Positions 8,696 through 18,603 of a stretch of 64,000 bases of DNA are shown in pieces. The stretch comes from Nitrospinota bacterium (GTDB taxonomy: Bacteria; Nitrospinota_A; UBA7883; JACRLM01), in NCBI GenBank assembly GCA_016208975.1, contig JACQXA010000004.1, forward strand, positions 2,013,941-2,077,940. The letters are read 5' to 3'. A model generated the notes under the pieces. That model was given only the letters and a program-made list of their open reading frames with translations. It was not told the DNA's origin and did no database searches. Both the position numbers and the translations under genes were made by a program. Positions within the stretch are counted from its first letter, which is position 1, and every line of letters begins with the position of its first letter.

Positions 8696-11365
8696 ATGAA
8701 AACACTGGGCCGCTACCAAATCCTTGAAAAAATCGGAAGCGGAGGAATGGGTCTTGTATATAAAGGCCTGGATCCCAAAATAAACCGCCCGGTGGCGCTG
8801 AAGATCATCCGCTCCTCCACGATGGGGCAGGAAGCCCAATCATCCCTGCATCTGGCCGAGCGGCTTTTAGTTGAGGCGCAAGCCGCCGGCCGCCTTTCGC
8901 ATCCATCCATCCTGACAATATATGACGTAGGCGAGCAAAAGCTGAAGGATGGCTCACTGTGCATTTACATCGCAATGGAATTTCTGGAAGGAAAACGGCT
9001 GGACTGGCACATAAAGAACAATACTTACACATATATCTATAAGAAGCTGAACATAATCCGGGAAATCGCGGAAGGGATGGAATATGCGCACCGCCGCAAC
9101 GTCATCCACCGGGACCTTAAGTCGTCCAACATAATCATTGTTGATGGGGATCACCCCAAGATCATGGATTTCGGCCTGGCAAAGATTCCGGACTCGTCTA
9201 TAACTCTCACGCTTTCCGGCACGATCATGGGCACTCCAAGTTACATGTCCACCGAACAGATATACGGCAAGCCGGTGGACCACAAGACGGATATTTATTC
9301 CTTGACGGTCATTCTTTTCGAAATTATCAGCGGCAAGAAGCCATTTACCGGGAACAATATCACCTCTATAATCTTCAACGCCATCAGCCAGCCCCCGCCC
9401 ATGCTGAATAACCTGAATCCTGAACTGGGGGGGGCTTTGAACTCGTTCATTCAGAAAGGGCTTGCCAAGAAGCCGGAAGACCGGTTTGAGAATTTCACCG
9501 AATATCTTGAATCGCTCAACAAGATAATATTTTCATCGCAAATGGCCGAAACAATGCCCGTGGCTCCGGCGATGGAAAGCGCGCAGGCTGGAAGCCTCCC
9601 TGTAACAACGCCCCGGCTTGAAGAAACGCCGCTGAAAGCTTTCGTCAATGAAATGCACTCCGGATTAAAACATCTCCCCGACCTTGAAGAAAGCACGAAA
9701 GACCTGGCGGAAGCCGCCCCGCCGGTGAAAGGGCCGCTGGAAATAGACTCCGACCAGATCAGGCGCAAGAACGGCGACCTGGTCAAATTGAGGGTCAAAT
9801 TCACAAAACTGCTTTCCAAATATACCGATATTTCGTACAGCATTGACGAAAAAGGGCTGGCCGATTGCCTGGACAAGTCGCTCACGCAAATGGGTTTTTC
9901 GCTCCACACCGGCATTTCAAGCCCCCTTGAAAGTTTTGTCAAGCAGATCAACCATGACATTAATCGCGGCCGTCTCTTTATCCTTCTTTATAAACATAAA
10001 GAATCCGGATATGACATGGTCAAGCTTTTCAGGGAGCTTCTGAAGCTCAACCCCGAAATAGACATGGGCGGCGTCATCCCTCTTTTCCGCGGAATCGTTA
10101 AAGAGGATCAACAACAGGCCATGCTCCGGTTTCTCGGGGACGCCGGGGTAAGATTCACGATTTTTTTCACAAAACAGGAATCGGTCGAACACAACGTGGC
10201 CGAGATCTTAAGCGGACTTGTCCAGTACAGCAATGTGATTTCCGGCCTCGGCGCGTCAAAGGAAAAAAGGGTGACCGAATCGAAAAAATACGGGATGGAG
10301 GATATAGAAATATACAAAGGCCTGCTGGAGCTGGGCGACATGCACATGAGATCCAACCAGCATGAGGAGGCCGCCAAGGTGCTCTCCGAAGCGGTCCAAT
10401 TAAATCCGGATATCAATTCCCTCGTTAACCGGGGAGACGCAAAATTCAAGCGCGGCATGTATGTTGACGCCCTGAACGACTATCGGGAAGCCAACAAGCT
10501 CAACCAGGAGGCCCCGGCGCCTTACGCGAAGATCGGTGGATGTTGCATGACTTTGGGGAGGAACGAGACAGAGAAAGGGGACGCCGCAAGGGCCCAGAGC
10601 TGGTACGAGGCAGGCATCAAACGTCTGCTGGAGTCGGAAAAACTCATAGAACAGCAGGAAATCCGGTATGCGGATTCACCTGAGAAGCTACCGGGCAATC
10701 CCTACTTTCCCCTCCTTTCAGCAGTGCGCATGGTGGATTACGAGATGACCGGCATGGACGATATAAAGCGGGATTTCTCAAAGCTGGCCGGGCGTCTTGC
10801 CGAAAAGACAAAGAATATACAGGTGGAAGACAAGGAAACCGATATCGAAACGCTTATGGGCAGGGCTCTGGCGCTGGCGGCCAGCGGGAACAAGGCCGAG
10901 GCGGAAAGGATATTCATAGGCGCCTTGAAGCGGAATCCGGAGCATGTGTCGCCGGATTTCAACAATTACGCGGTTCAGTTAAGAAAGGCTGGTGAGTACT
11001 CGAGGGCTTATGGCATCTACCAGGAGCTTCTGAAATATCAGATCCCGGAAAAAACCGTTGTCATCGAGAACATGAAAACGGCAGGGATGAAGCACGCTCT
11101 TCAGCTTCGGAACCTGGGGCGCTTTGAAGAAGCAAAAGCAGTGTATAAAACCATGCTTTCGCTGGACGCGGGGGAGAAGGAGTGGATGTTTTGCGAGTTG
11201 GCCTCCATCGGCCTTGAATCAGGGGATCAGCCCGGGGCATGCAAGTGGTATAACGAAGCCATTTCACATAATCCGGATATGCTGAAGTCGGAAAAGTTCA
11301 AAAAATACCCGGAGTTGGAAAACATGTGCGGGTTGATGGTGAAAAAGCCCGCTCAAGATAACTAA
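8696..11365 (+). CDS. Hanks-type Ser/Thr protein kinase with long C-terminal TPR-like region
   Basis: GSGGMGLVYKG, HRDLKSSNIII, DFGLAK, then ~600 aa helical/TPR-like; probable start MKTLGRYQILEKIG at 8696. Confidence 0.88.
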   Translation: MKTLGRYQILEKIGSGGMGLVYKGLDPKINRPVALKIIRSSTMGQEAQSSLHLAERLLVEAQAAGRLSHPSILTIYDVGEQKLKDGSLCIYIAMEFLEGKRLDWHIKNNTYTYIYKKLNIIREIAEGMEYAHRRNVIHRDLKSSNIIIVDGDHPKIMDFGLAKIPDSSITLTLSGTIMGTPSYMSTEQIYGKPVDHKTDIYSLTVILFEIISGKKPFTGNNITSIIFNAISQPPPMLNNLNPELGGALNSFIQKGLAKKPEDRFENFTEYLESLNKIIFSSQMAETMPVAPAMESAQAGSLPVTTPRLEETPLKAFVNEMHSGLKHLPDLEESTKDLAEAAPPVKGPLEIDSDQIRRKNGDLVKLRVKFTKLLSKYTDISYSIDEKGLADCLDKSLTQMGFSLHTGISSPLESFVKQINHDINRGRLFILLYKHKESGYDMVKLFRELLKLNPEIDMGGVIPLFRGIVKEDQQQAMLRFLGDAGVRFTIFFTKQESVEHNVAEILSGLVQYSNVISGLGASKEKRVTESKKYGMEDIEIYKGLLELGDMHMRSNQHEEAAKVLSEAVQLNPDINSLVNRGDAKFKRGMYVDALNDYREANKLNQEAPAPYAKIGGCCMTLGRNETEKGDAARAQSWYEAGIKRLLESEKLIEQQEIRYADSPEKLPGNPYFPLLSAVRMVDYEMTGMDDIKRDFSKLAGRLAEKTKNIQVEDKETDIETLMGRALALAASGNKAEAERIFIGALKRNPEHVSPDFNNYAVQLRKAGEYSRAYGIYQELLKYQIPEKTVVIENMKTAGMKHALQLRNLGRFEEAKAVYKTMLSLDAGEKEWMFCELASIGLESGDQPGACKWYNEAISHNPDMLKSEKFKKYPELENMCGLMVKKPAQDN

Positions 11366-11473
11366 AGAATAAGAGCCCTGAGGCGATATGCCTGTTCCGC
11401 GCTTAGCCCCCCCGAAATGCAAGGCTTACCAAGCCTCAACGATATAAAAGTTTATATGCGCGCAAATGCTTGG

Positions 11474-11502
11474 TTGCGCGACGTGAACGGTTATTATACT
11501 AT
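11474..11502 (+). promoter_or_regulatory. sigma-70-type promoter for tRNA-Arg (-35 TTGCGC, 17 bp, -10 TACTAT)
   Basis: spacing and position ~10 nt upstream of mature tRNA 5' end. Confidence 0.45.
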
Positions 11503-11512
11503 TTATGTTTAC

Positions 11513-11590
11513 GCGCCCGTAGCTCAGCCCGGATAGAGCGCCAGATTGCGGTTCTGTAGGTCGCAGGTTCGAATCCTGCCGGGCGCACCA
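11513..11590 (+). tRNA. tRNA-Arg, anticodon read as GCG (atypical; isotype by backbone similarity to E. coli tRNA-Arg(CCG))
   Basis: 7-bp acceptor GCGCCCG/CGGGCGC, D-arm GCTC..GAGC, T-arm GCAGG TTCGAAT CCTGC, encoded CCA; anticodon loop TTGCGGT. Confidence 0.85.
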
Positions 11591-11717
11591 ACCAAACCGC
11601 CTTCAATTCCAAATTTCAAGCAGTTGCAAGTCCGATTTCCGCAATAGGCCCAAAACCCAATGACATCTGGCCAGGGGGGGGTATGCCATTTGCCAGCTTT
11701 GTGGTATTTCTAATTAG

Positions 11718-12320
11718 ATGAAAAGGAAGGTAATCCTGGCTTCGTCCTCCCCCAGGCGGGCCGCGCTTCTAAACGACGCCGGGGTGGAGTTTGACATCGT
11801 CAAGCCGGACATCGACGAGACGCCGGATCCGGCGCTCACCCCGGAGGAGAACGCCCGGTTCATAGCCTTGCGCAAGGCCGAGGCCGTGGCCCAAACAGTG
11901 AGGGAGGGCGTTGTGCTGGCGGCGGACACAATGGTGGTGATAGACCATGAGATCATCGGCAAACCCGTGGACGCCACCGACGCCCGCAAGATGCTCCAGC
12001 GTATCGCCGGACGGGAGCATAAAGTGGTCACCGGGGTGTCAATCATCTGCGAGGGGAGCCGCCGCCGCTGGGCGCATGTTGAGGTGAGCTTCGTCCGGTT
12101 CAAACCGGTGGCCGACGGGGATATAGAAGCGTATGTGAACACCGGCGAGCCTCTGGACAAGGCTGGAGCTTACGCCATACAGGGCGGGGCCGCAGGGTGG
12201 ATAGACGGATACAGCGGGAGCCTTACAAATATCATCGGCCTTCCCATGGAGCAGGTGGCCTGCGCGCTGGAGTCCATGGGGGTAAAGGTCAGCCGGGGGA
12301 GGTGGGGCGCATGCCGTTAA
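11718..12320 (+). CDS. maf: Maf-family nucleoside triphosphate pyrophosphatase
   Basis: KVILASSSPRRAALLNDAGVEFDIV... Maf signature. Confidence 0.92.
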   Translation: MKRKVILASSSPRRAALLNDAGVEFDIVKPDIDETPDPALTPEENARFIALRKAEAVAQTVREGVVLAADTMVVIDHEIIGKPVDATDARKMLQRIAGREHKVVTGVSIICEGSRRRWAHVEVSFVRFKPVADGDIEAYVNTGEPLDKAGAYAIQGGAAGWIDGYSGSLTNIIGLPMEQVACALESMGVKVSRGRWGACR

Positions 12321-12916
12321 TCGGGTTGACCGGGGGGTACGCCTCTGGGAAAAGCTCCGTCACCGCCATGTTCCGCGAACTTGGCGCCGACGTGATAGAT
12401 TGCGACATCCTGGCCCGGCAGGTGGTGGAGCCTGGCGCCGAAGGGCTGGCCCAGGTTAAAGAAAAATTCGGGCCGGGAGTTATAAGTGAAGACGGAACCC
12501 TGAACCGCGCCGCGCTTGGAGCCATAGTGTTCAACGACAGGGGAAAACTTAATGCGCTGGAGGCGGTTCTCCACCCCCACATCCGCCAAAGGCTTTTCGC
12601 GCAGTCTCAAAAACTTTTGGCCGCCGACCCCAGGAGGATCGTAATAGTGGACGCGGCCCTCCTTTTCGAGACGGAGTTGAGCCGCCATATGGATAAATGC
12701 ATCGCGGTCACCTGTCTTAAAGCGCAACAGGTGGAACGGGGCGCGAAAAGGGACAAAATCAGCCCGCAGGACGCTGAAAAAAGAGTGGCCCTCCAGATGC
12801 CCATTTCGCAAAAAACGGCCCTGGCGGATTACGTGGTGGACAATTCCGGCTCCGCCGCCGCCACCCGGGCTCAGGTCGAGCAAATCTGGAACAGCCTCAA
12901 AGAAGTGGGGAAATAA
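12311..12916 (+). CDS. coaE: dephospho-CoA kinase
   Basis: IGLTGGYASGKSSV P-loop; ATG at 12311 overlapping maf end by 10 nt. Confidence 0.9.
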   Translation: MPLIGLTGGYASGKSSVTAMFRELGADVIDCDILARQVVEPGAEGLAQVKEKFGPGVISEDGTLNRAALGAIVFNDRGKLNALEAVLHPHIRQRLFAQSQKLLAADPRRIVIVDAALLFETELSRHMDKCIAVTCLKAQQVERGAKRDKISPQDAEKRVALQMPISQKTALADYVVDNSGSAAATRAQVEQIWNSLKEVGK

Positions 12917-13140
12917 TTCCACATATTATGTGGGGTAAATTCCACATTTATTAGTTTTCCCTCCAGTTTTAGACTCAACGTACCCGTAGCTCTGCCCCCA
13001 ACATTCTTAGGATTCAAGATGTTCCAGCATGGTTATGACATGGGCACGGGAATTGATTATGTTTTTCCAGATATAGGGGTAGCCGTCTTCAAATGGTGGC
13101 GGCGTGGTAAGAAATTTTCCCGGTTTGAAAGGGCTTGGAC

Positions 13141-14877
13141 ATGACGGATGAACTGACAAACCTTACCAAGGCCGAGCTTATGGCGTTGGCGGCGAAGAAG
13201 AAACTACAGGTTTCGTCATCCATGAAGAAGGAAGAAATCATAAAAATGTTAAAACCGGCCAAGGCCGTTAAATCGGCTGTGTCCGCCAAGGCTTCAAAGC
13301 AGAAAGGCTTCTTGAGCGCCGCTGGGAAGGCCAAGAAGCAAGCCGCCAAACCGGCGGCCAAGTCCGTAAAAGCCAAGGCTGTAAAACCGGCCGTCGCCCC
13401 GGTCAGGAAAGAAGCTCCAAAAGCCGGAATCAAGGCGGCTTCCGGCAAGACAAAGGCCAAGGCTCCGGAAAAGGCGATGGCTAAAGCGGGGCAGGCCAAA
13501 GCGAAGCCTGTTGTAAGGGCCGCAAAACCGGTAAAAGCCAAACCCGCGCTGGTGGCGGTGAAGTCACTAGTCAGGAAAACACCGGTTAAAAAAGCGCCAT
13601 TTGCTCCGGCTGTCCAGGCTTCCATGCCGCCGGTGGAAAAGCGGATGGAGTATAAAACGGCGGTTAACGACTCCAACACAGGGCCCACGAGATCCACTGT
13701 TTCAGCGGCGGTGATGTCCGGGGTTTCCGCGGGGCCCAAGCTCTCCCAGCCCAAACCTGCAATACAGCAGGGGGCGGGAAGGGTTCAGGAGCCCGTGGCA
13801 AAGGTGGAAACGCCAAAGCCCGCGAAAGCTCCAGCGGTTAAAGCGCCTGCGGCGAAACCGGCGGCGGCAAAACCCGCTCTGGCGAAGGCGCAGTCCAGGG
13901 AGTCCGGCAGGCAAGCGCCTCTTTCCAGGAATGTGGCCGCCCAGACCAATGGCCGGGGGTGGGACATAAAAATAGACGAAAAAAAATTTTTCATAGCCGA
14001 CGAGGCCTACGACTACCCCAAGGCAGAAACGTCCAATTTGCCGTCCGAGTATGGCGATACCAGGATAATAGCCCTGGCGCGGGACCCTTATAAGCTATAC
14101 CTGTACTGGGAACTGCAGGGTGGCGCGGTGGAGCGGGCCCGGGCGGCCTTGGGCAAGGATTGGGCGCAGGTGCGCTGGTCGTTGAGGATTTTCGATGTCA
14201 GCGGGCTTGCCGAGGGTTTTCACCGGTATTTTGACGTGGATGTGAACCCCAATTCGGGGAGCATGTATCTGGAAGTGGACCGGGCGGACTGCGAATATGT
14301 GGTCACCATGGGCCTGAAAGATGAAACCGGGCGGTTCGAGCAGGTGGCAAGCTCCAACAGGTCCCGCACACCCCGGGCCGAGGCATCCTCCTCCACCGAC
14401 GCCGAATGGACTGTGCCGGACGACCTGTTCGCCCGGATCTACGGCCTTTCCGGCGGCTACATGGCGGGGTCTGGAAGCCTGGAGTCATCAATGTTCTCTC
14501 TGCCCGGCGTCTCGTCGCTGGCGGTTTCCAGCTGGCAATCGGTATCCAGTTTCGAGGTGTCCAGTTTTGGCGCTTCGGAGCAAATGGCCGCCCGCGCAAA
14601 GAAACGGGGCTTCTTTTTCTGGCTGGATTGCGAGCTGATAGTTTACGGCGGCACCGAGCCGGACGCGAAAGTTACCATGATGGGCAAGAAAATCAACCTC
14701 CGGCCCGATGGCACTTTTACAGCCAGGTTCTTCCTGCCTGATGGCATATTCGACATACCTGTAACCGCCGAATCATCCGATGGGGTGGAGAAACGGGAGA
14801 TTTCCCCCACAGTTACCCGCGCCACCCGCCGCAAGGAGGAGTTTTTGATACCGGAAGAGGAGTGGCTTAAAAAGTAG
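13141..14877 (+). CDS. Rho_N-like N-terminus + ~270-aa Lys/Ala/Pro-rich histone-H1-like region + C-terminal DUF4912-like domain
   Basis: LTKAELMALAAKKKLQVSSSMKKEEIIKML (Rho N-terminal-like), AKAKPV/KPAAKP repeats, globular C-terminus; sits directly upstream of GH57 branching enzyme. Confidence 0.75.
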   Translation: MTDELTNLTKAELMALAAKKKLQVSSSMKKEEIIKMLKPAKAVKSAVSAKASKQKGFLSAAGKAKKQAAKPAAKSVKAKAVKPAVAPVRKEAPKAGIKAASGKTKAKAPEKAMAKAGQAKAKPVVRAAKPVKAKPALVAVKSLVRKTPVKKAPFAPAVQASMPPVEKRMEYKTAVNDSNTGPTRSTVSAAVMSGVSAGPKLSQPKPAIQQGAGRVQEPVAKVETPKPAKAPAVKAPAAKPAAAKPALAKAQSRESGRQAPLSRNVAAQTNGRGWDIKIDEKKFFIADEAYDYPKAETSNLPSEYGDTRIIALARDPYKLYLYWELQGGAVERARAALGKDWAQVRWSLRIFDVSGLAEGFHRYFDVDVNPNSGSMYLEVDRADCEYVVTMGLKDETGRFEQVASSNRSRTPRAEASSSTDAEWTVPDDLFARIYGLSGGYMAGSGSLESSMFSLPGVSSLAVSSWQSVSSFEVSSFGASEQMAARAKKRGFFFWLDCELIVYGGTEPDAKVTMMGKKINLRPDGTFTARFFLPDGIFDIPVTAESSDGVEKREISPTVTRATRRKEEFLIPEEEWLKK

Positions 14878-14921
14878 GTGGTGGATTACATGAGACGCAA
14901 TGCAGGAAGGCGCGGGGTGGT

Positions 14922-16511
14922 ATGATGAAAGGCTATCTGGCCCTGGTTCTGCATGCCCATCTACCCTTTGTGCGTCATCCGGAGCATGAGGAGTTCCTGG
15001 AGGAGGACTGGCTTTTTGAAGCCATAACCGAAACCTACATATCCCTCCTGACCATTTTCGAGGGGCTGAAAAAAGACGGGGTGAGGTTCCGGGTGACCAT
15101 GACCCTGTCGCCTACGCTGATATCCATGCTCCGCGACGAGCTTTTGCAGGAGCGCTACCTTAAAAGGCTCGGCAAGCTTACAGACCTGGCGGAACTGGAG
15201 ATAGGACGCACCCGATTCTCCCCAAAGCTCAACGAACTGGCCGCCATGTACCGCTGGAGGTTCGAGGAGGCCCGGGAACTTTTCGAGAAAAAATACAACT
15301 GCGACCTGGTGGGGGCTTTCAAGACATTCCAGGACGAGGGGTACATAGAAATAATCACCTGCGCCGCCACCCATGGCTACCTGCCCCTGCTGGCGGTGAA
15401 TGAGGCGGCTGTGAAGGCCCAGATAAAGGTGGCCTGCCAGCAATATGAAACCGTTTTCGGCAGGAAAGCCCGGGGCATCTGGCTTCCGGAATGCGGTTAC
15501 CAGCCGGGGTTCGAGACGTACCTTAAGGATGAGGGCATCCTTTTCTTTTTCACTGACGCCCACGGGGTGCTTCACGCCGAGCCCCGCCCACGCTATGGTG
15601 TGTTCGCCCCCATTTACACAAAAGACGGCGTGGCGGTGTTCGGGCGGGACGTGGAATCCTCCCGGCAGGTGTGGAGCGCGCGGGACGGGTATCCCGGCGA
15701 CCCGGTTTACCGGGACTTTTACCGGGACATCGGGTTCGACATGGACATCGAATATTTGAAAGATTACCTAGCGCCGGACAACCTGCGGAAAATGACCGGC
15801 ATAAAATACAACCGGATCACCAGCAGGGAATCCGGCGACAAGGAGCTTTACGTTTACAAAGACGCCTTGAACCGCGCTTCGGAGCACGCCGACGATTTCG
15901 TGAGGCGCCGCATGGAGCAGATAGAGAGGCTGGAGGGGTTGATGGACAGGCCACCGCTCATCGTGGCCCCTTACGACGCGGAGCTTTTCGGCCATTGGTG
16001 GTTCGAGGGGCCGGAATTCCTGAATTTCGTACTCCGCAAATGCGCCATGGAAAGCGACAGGCTGGAGACCATAACGCCCTACGATTACATAAGGATATTC
16101 CCGGCCAACCAGATGGCGGCCCCATCCGCCTCGTCCTGGGGGCACAAGGGTTATTCCGAAGTCTGGCTGGATGAGAGCAACGACTGGATATACCGCCATC
16201 TCCACAAAGCCGCCGACCGCATGGTGGAACTGGCCCGGGTGAAAAGGGAAGGGAACAACGGGCTCATCGAGCGGGCTTTGAACCAGGCCGCGCGGGAGCT
16301 TTTACTGGCGCAATCATCGGACTGGGCGTTCATCATGAAAACCGGCACCATGTCCCAATACGCCGAGAAACGCACCAAAGAGCACCTGGCCCGGTTCAAC
16401 CGGCTGTATGACGACGTTGTCCACGACTCGGTGGATGAAGGTTATCTCAAGGAACTGGAGGGTTCCGACAACATCTTTCCGGACATCAACTGGCGCGTTT
16501 ATACGGCGTAG
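14922..16511 (+). CDS. GH57-family 1,4-alpha-glucan branching enzyme (with DUF1957-like C-terminus)
   Basis: GYLALVLHAHLPFVRHPE... GH57 catalytic N-terminus. Confidence 0.88.
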   Translation: MMKGYLALVLHAHLPFVRHPEHEEFLEEDWLFEAITETYISLLTIFEGLKKDGVRFRVTMTLSPTLISMLRDELLQERYLKRLGKLTDLAELEIGRTRFSPKLNELAAMYRWRFEEARELFEKKYNCDLVGAFKTFQDEGYIEIITCAATHGYLPLLAVNEAAVKAQIKVACQQYETVFGRKARGIWLPECGYQPGFETYLKDEGILFFFTDAHGVLHAEPRPRYGVFAPIYTKDGVAVFGRDVESSRQVWSARDGYPGDPVYRDFYRDIGFDMDIEYLKDYLAPDNLRKMTGIKYNRITSRESGDKELYVYKDALNRASEHADDFVRRRMEQIERLEGLMDRPPLIVAPYDAELFGHWWFEGPEFLNFVLRKCAMESDRLETITPYDYIRIFPANQMAAPSASSWGHKGYSEVWLDESNDWIYRHLHKAADRMVELARVKREGNNGLIERALNQAARELLLAQSSDWAFIMKTGTMSQYAEKRTKEHLARFNRLYDDVVHDSVDEGYLKELEGSDNIFPDINWRVYTA

Positions 16512-16515
16512 AATC

Positions 16516-17235
16516 CTATTTACCCCACACGCCCTCAAGATGATCAAAGACAGAGCCGATAGCGATGAATCCCCCCAAGGGAATTGAGGAAGGCGTGACA
16601 AGCTCAACCACTCGGCTGAACATTCCGCCAGATGGAATAAAGACGCTATGGCTGGTGATAGCCCTGGCGCATGGGATGGCGTTTTCAATCCATTGTCTGG
16701 CTTCTTGGGCGGTGTCCCACCTGGCTCCGGCATAACCCCCTGTCCCGCTTTTCGACAGATACAGAAGGCTGTTTGTGTTCAACAGCCCAAGCGCCAAGCC
16801 TTTCCGGGCGACTCTGGCCATCTCCTTCACCGCTCCGGCTGGATTGGCGACAAAACAAAGGCTTGTCACCGCTACGCAATAGTCAAAAGATTTATCGCTG
16901 AATGGAAGGGCCTCGGCGGAGCCTTGGGCGAATGCGCCGCCCACTGACGATTGGGCGAACGCGATGTGGGGCCAACTCTTGTCCAGCCCGGTCACGCGCA
17001 GGCCGGCGCTTTGGAATCTTCGCGTGAAATGGCCCGTACCACATCCTGCGTCAAGCATGGAATCGCCCGGCCTGGGGGACAATAATCGCCAGAGCGAGTG
17101 GAATTCGATGTCACTAATCCACCGTCCCCTGGGTGTGGCATACCATGCGTCGTAATCAGCAGGAGTGGCGTTCATGTGTAACGTCGTGAAATGGTTGGCG
17201 GAGAGTGGATTAAACCCACAACCTCCATCTTGCAA
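16516..17235 (-). CDS. class I SAM-dependent methyltransferase
   Basis: LDAGCGTGHFTRRF..LRVTGLD motif I/II. Confidence 0.85.
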   Translation of the reverse strand: MQDGGCGFNPLSANHFTTLHMNATPADYDAWYATPRGRWISDIEFHSLWRLLSPRPGDSMLDAGCGTGHFTRRFQSAGLRVTGLDKSWPHIAFAQSSVGGAFAQGSAEALPFSDKSFDYCVAVTSLCFVANPAGAVKEMARVARKGLALGLLNTNSLLYLSKSGTGGYAGARWDTAQEARQWIENAIPCARAITSHSVFIPSGGMFSRVVELVTPSSIPLGGFIAIGSVFDHLEGVWGK

Positions 17236-17416
17236 TGATGGGATCCGTCTTCCGGATGAACTAACCGCCTGTTGTGAGAAATTTTAACATAACATGGATA
17301 ATTATCATTCCCATCATGGTCATACATTCAGGCAGACCCCGGCCGTTCTTAAAAAACCGGATGTGTGCTAAAATCTGCTTATTGAATCCCATCAACCAAG
17401 CTGGAGGCCGGCCGTC

Positions 17417-17812
17417 ATGGCGGACGAGGAAAAAAACAACGAAAAAGACATGGAGGTCCTCACCCGTGCCATCGTGGAAGCCATCACAAAGTCCCGTGAC
17501 GTGCGGGACGCCATAAAGCGCCTGTCGGAAGGGGAGGAGGTCTGCTCCAAATCCTTCATGGTCCTCATGCTCAAGGTTAGGTCGCTGGCGGAGTCTATGG
17601 GGTTTGACGTGGCCGATGAATGCCGCCATGAGCCGTTGAAACCCAGAGCCACCGGAAAGCCAGCCGCGCCTCCACAGGAAGATGTGGTGAAACTCTCCGG
17701 AAGAGTGGAAGACGGCAAGGCGTTATCGGACAGCGAATCGTTGTTCCGGGACTATCTGGCGGAAAAGTTCGATCAGGACGCCTGGCTGAAGAAGCTGGGC
17801 CTTAAACTCTGA
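17417..17812 (+). CDS. hypothetical acidic protein (131 aa)
   Basis: ORF with TAAAAT -10-like box upstream; no recognisable domain. Confidence 0.5.
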   Translation: MADEEKNNEKDMEVLTRAIVEAITKSRDVRDAIKRLSEGEEVCSKSFMVLMLKVRSLAESMGFDVADECRHEPLKPRATGKPAAPPQEDVVKLSGRVEDGKALSDSESLFRDYLAEKFDQDAWLKKLGLKL

Positions 17813-17843
17813 GAGTATAAACAAATAAAGCGGAGGCCGCGCC

Positions 17844-18563
17844 GTGAGACCGTGGTTGGCCGCCCTGGCTTTTTATGCGGCCATTTCGCTACCGGCTCCC
17901 GCGTGCACACAAACAATGAACAGTTCCAGCCTGGCCGGATCCAAACGGGTAATGCTGGAAACCCACCTCCGGGGCCGTGGCATCACCAATCCCGATGTCC
18001 TGTCCGCCATGGAGGATGTTCCGCGGGAACGGTTTGTGGACAAAGCCTTCTACTACAACGCGTACGACGATAATCCCCTGCCCATTGGCCTTGGGCAAAC
18101 CATAAGCCAGCCGTATATAGTTGCGCTGATGACCCAGGTTTTGCGCCCCAAACCCACAGACAAGGTTTTGGAGGTGGGCACCGGCTCCGGATACCAGGCG
18201 GCGGTAATCTCCCGCATTGTGGAGCGGGTGTACACCATCGAGATAGTAAAACTCCTGGCCGACGAGGCCGCAAAGCGGTTTCGCGAGTTAGGGTACGACA
18301 ATATAGAATCCCGGGCTGGCGACGGATATGGCGGCTGGGTAGAGCATGCCCCTTTCGACAAGATAATAGTGACCGCCGCCGCTCCCATCGTGCCCAAACC
18401 GCTGGAGGAACAGTTAGCCGAGGGGGGCCTGCTGGTGATGCCCGTGGGCGGCTCGTATGTTCAAGACCTCCTGCTGGGCGAGAAAAGGGGGGGTGTGGTA
18501 AGCTACAAAAACATCGCCGCCGTCCGGTTTGTGCCGCTGACCGGCAAGGCTGAAGAACGTTGA
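17844..18563 (+). CDS. pcm: protein-L-isoaspartate O-methyltransferase with N-terminal signal-like extension
   Basis: GQTISQPYIVALMTQVL, VLEVGTGSGYQAAV. Confidence 0.9.
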   Translation: MRPWLAALAFYAAISLPAPACTQTMNSSSLAGSKRVMLETHLRGRGITNPDVLSAMEDVPRERFVDKAFYYNAYDDNPLPIGLGQTISQPYIVALMTQVLRPKPTDKVLEVGTGSGYQAAVISRIVERVYTIEIVKLLADEAAKRFRELGYDNIESRAGDGYGGWVEHAPFDKIIVTAAAPIVPKPLEEQLAEGGLLVMPVGGSYVQDLLLGEKRGGVVSYKNIAAVRFVPLTGKAEER

Positions 18564-18603
18564 GTTTGACTGGTTCCTGTAACGTTTTTGGAGTTGGGCC
18601 GGT

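Noticed and set aside
12917-12960. ccacatattatgtgg palindrome after coaE as an intrinsic terminator
   Set aside because: Short AT-rich stem without a following U-tract. Could be an operator or nothing; insufficient support.
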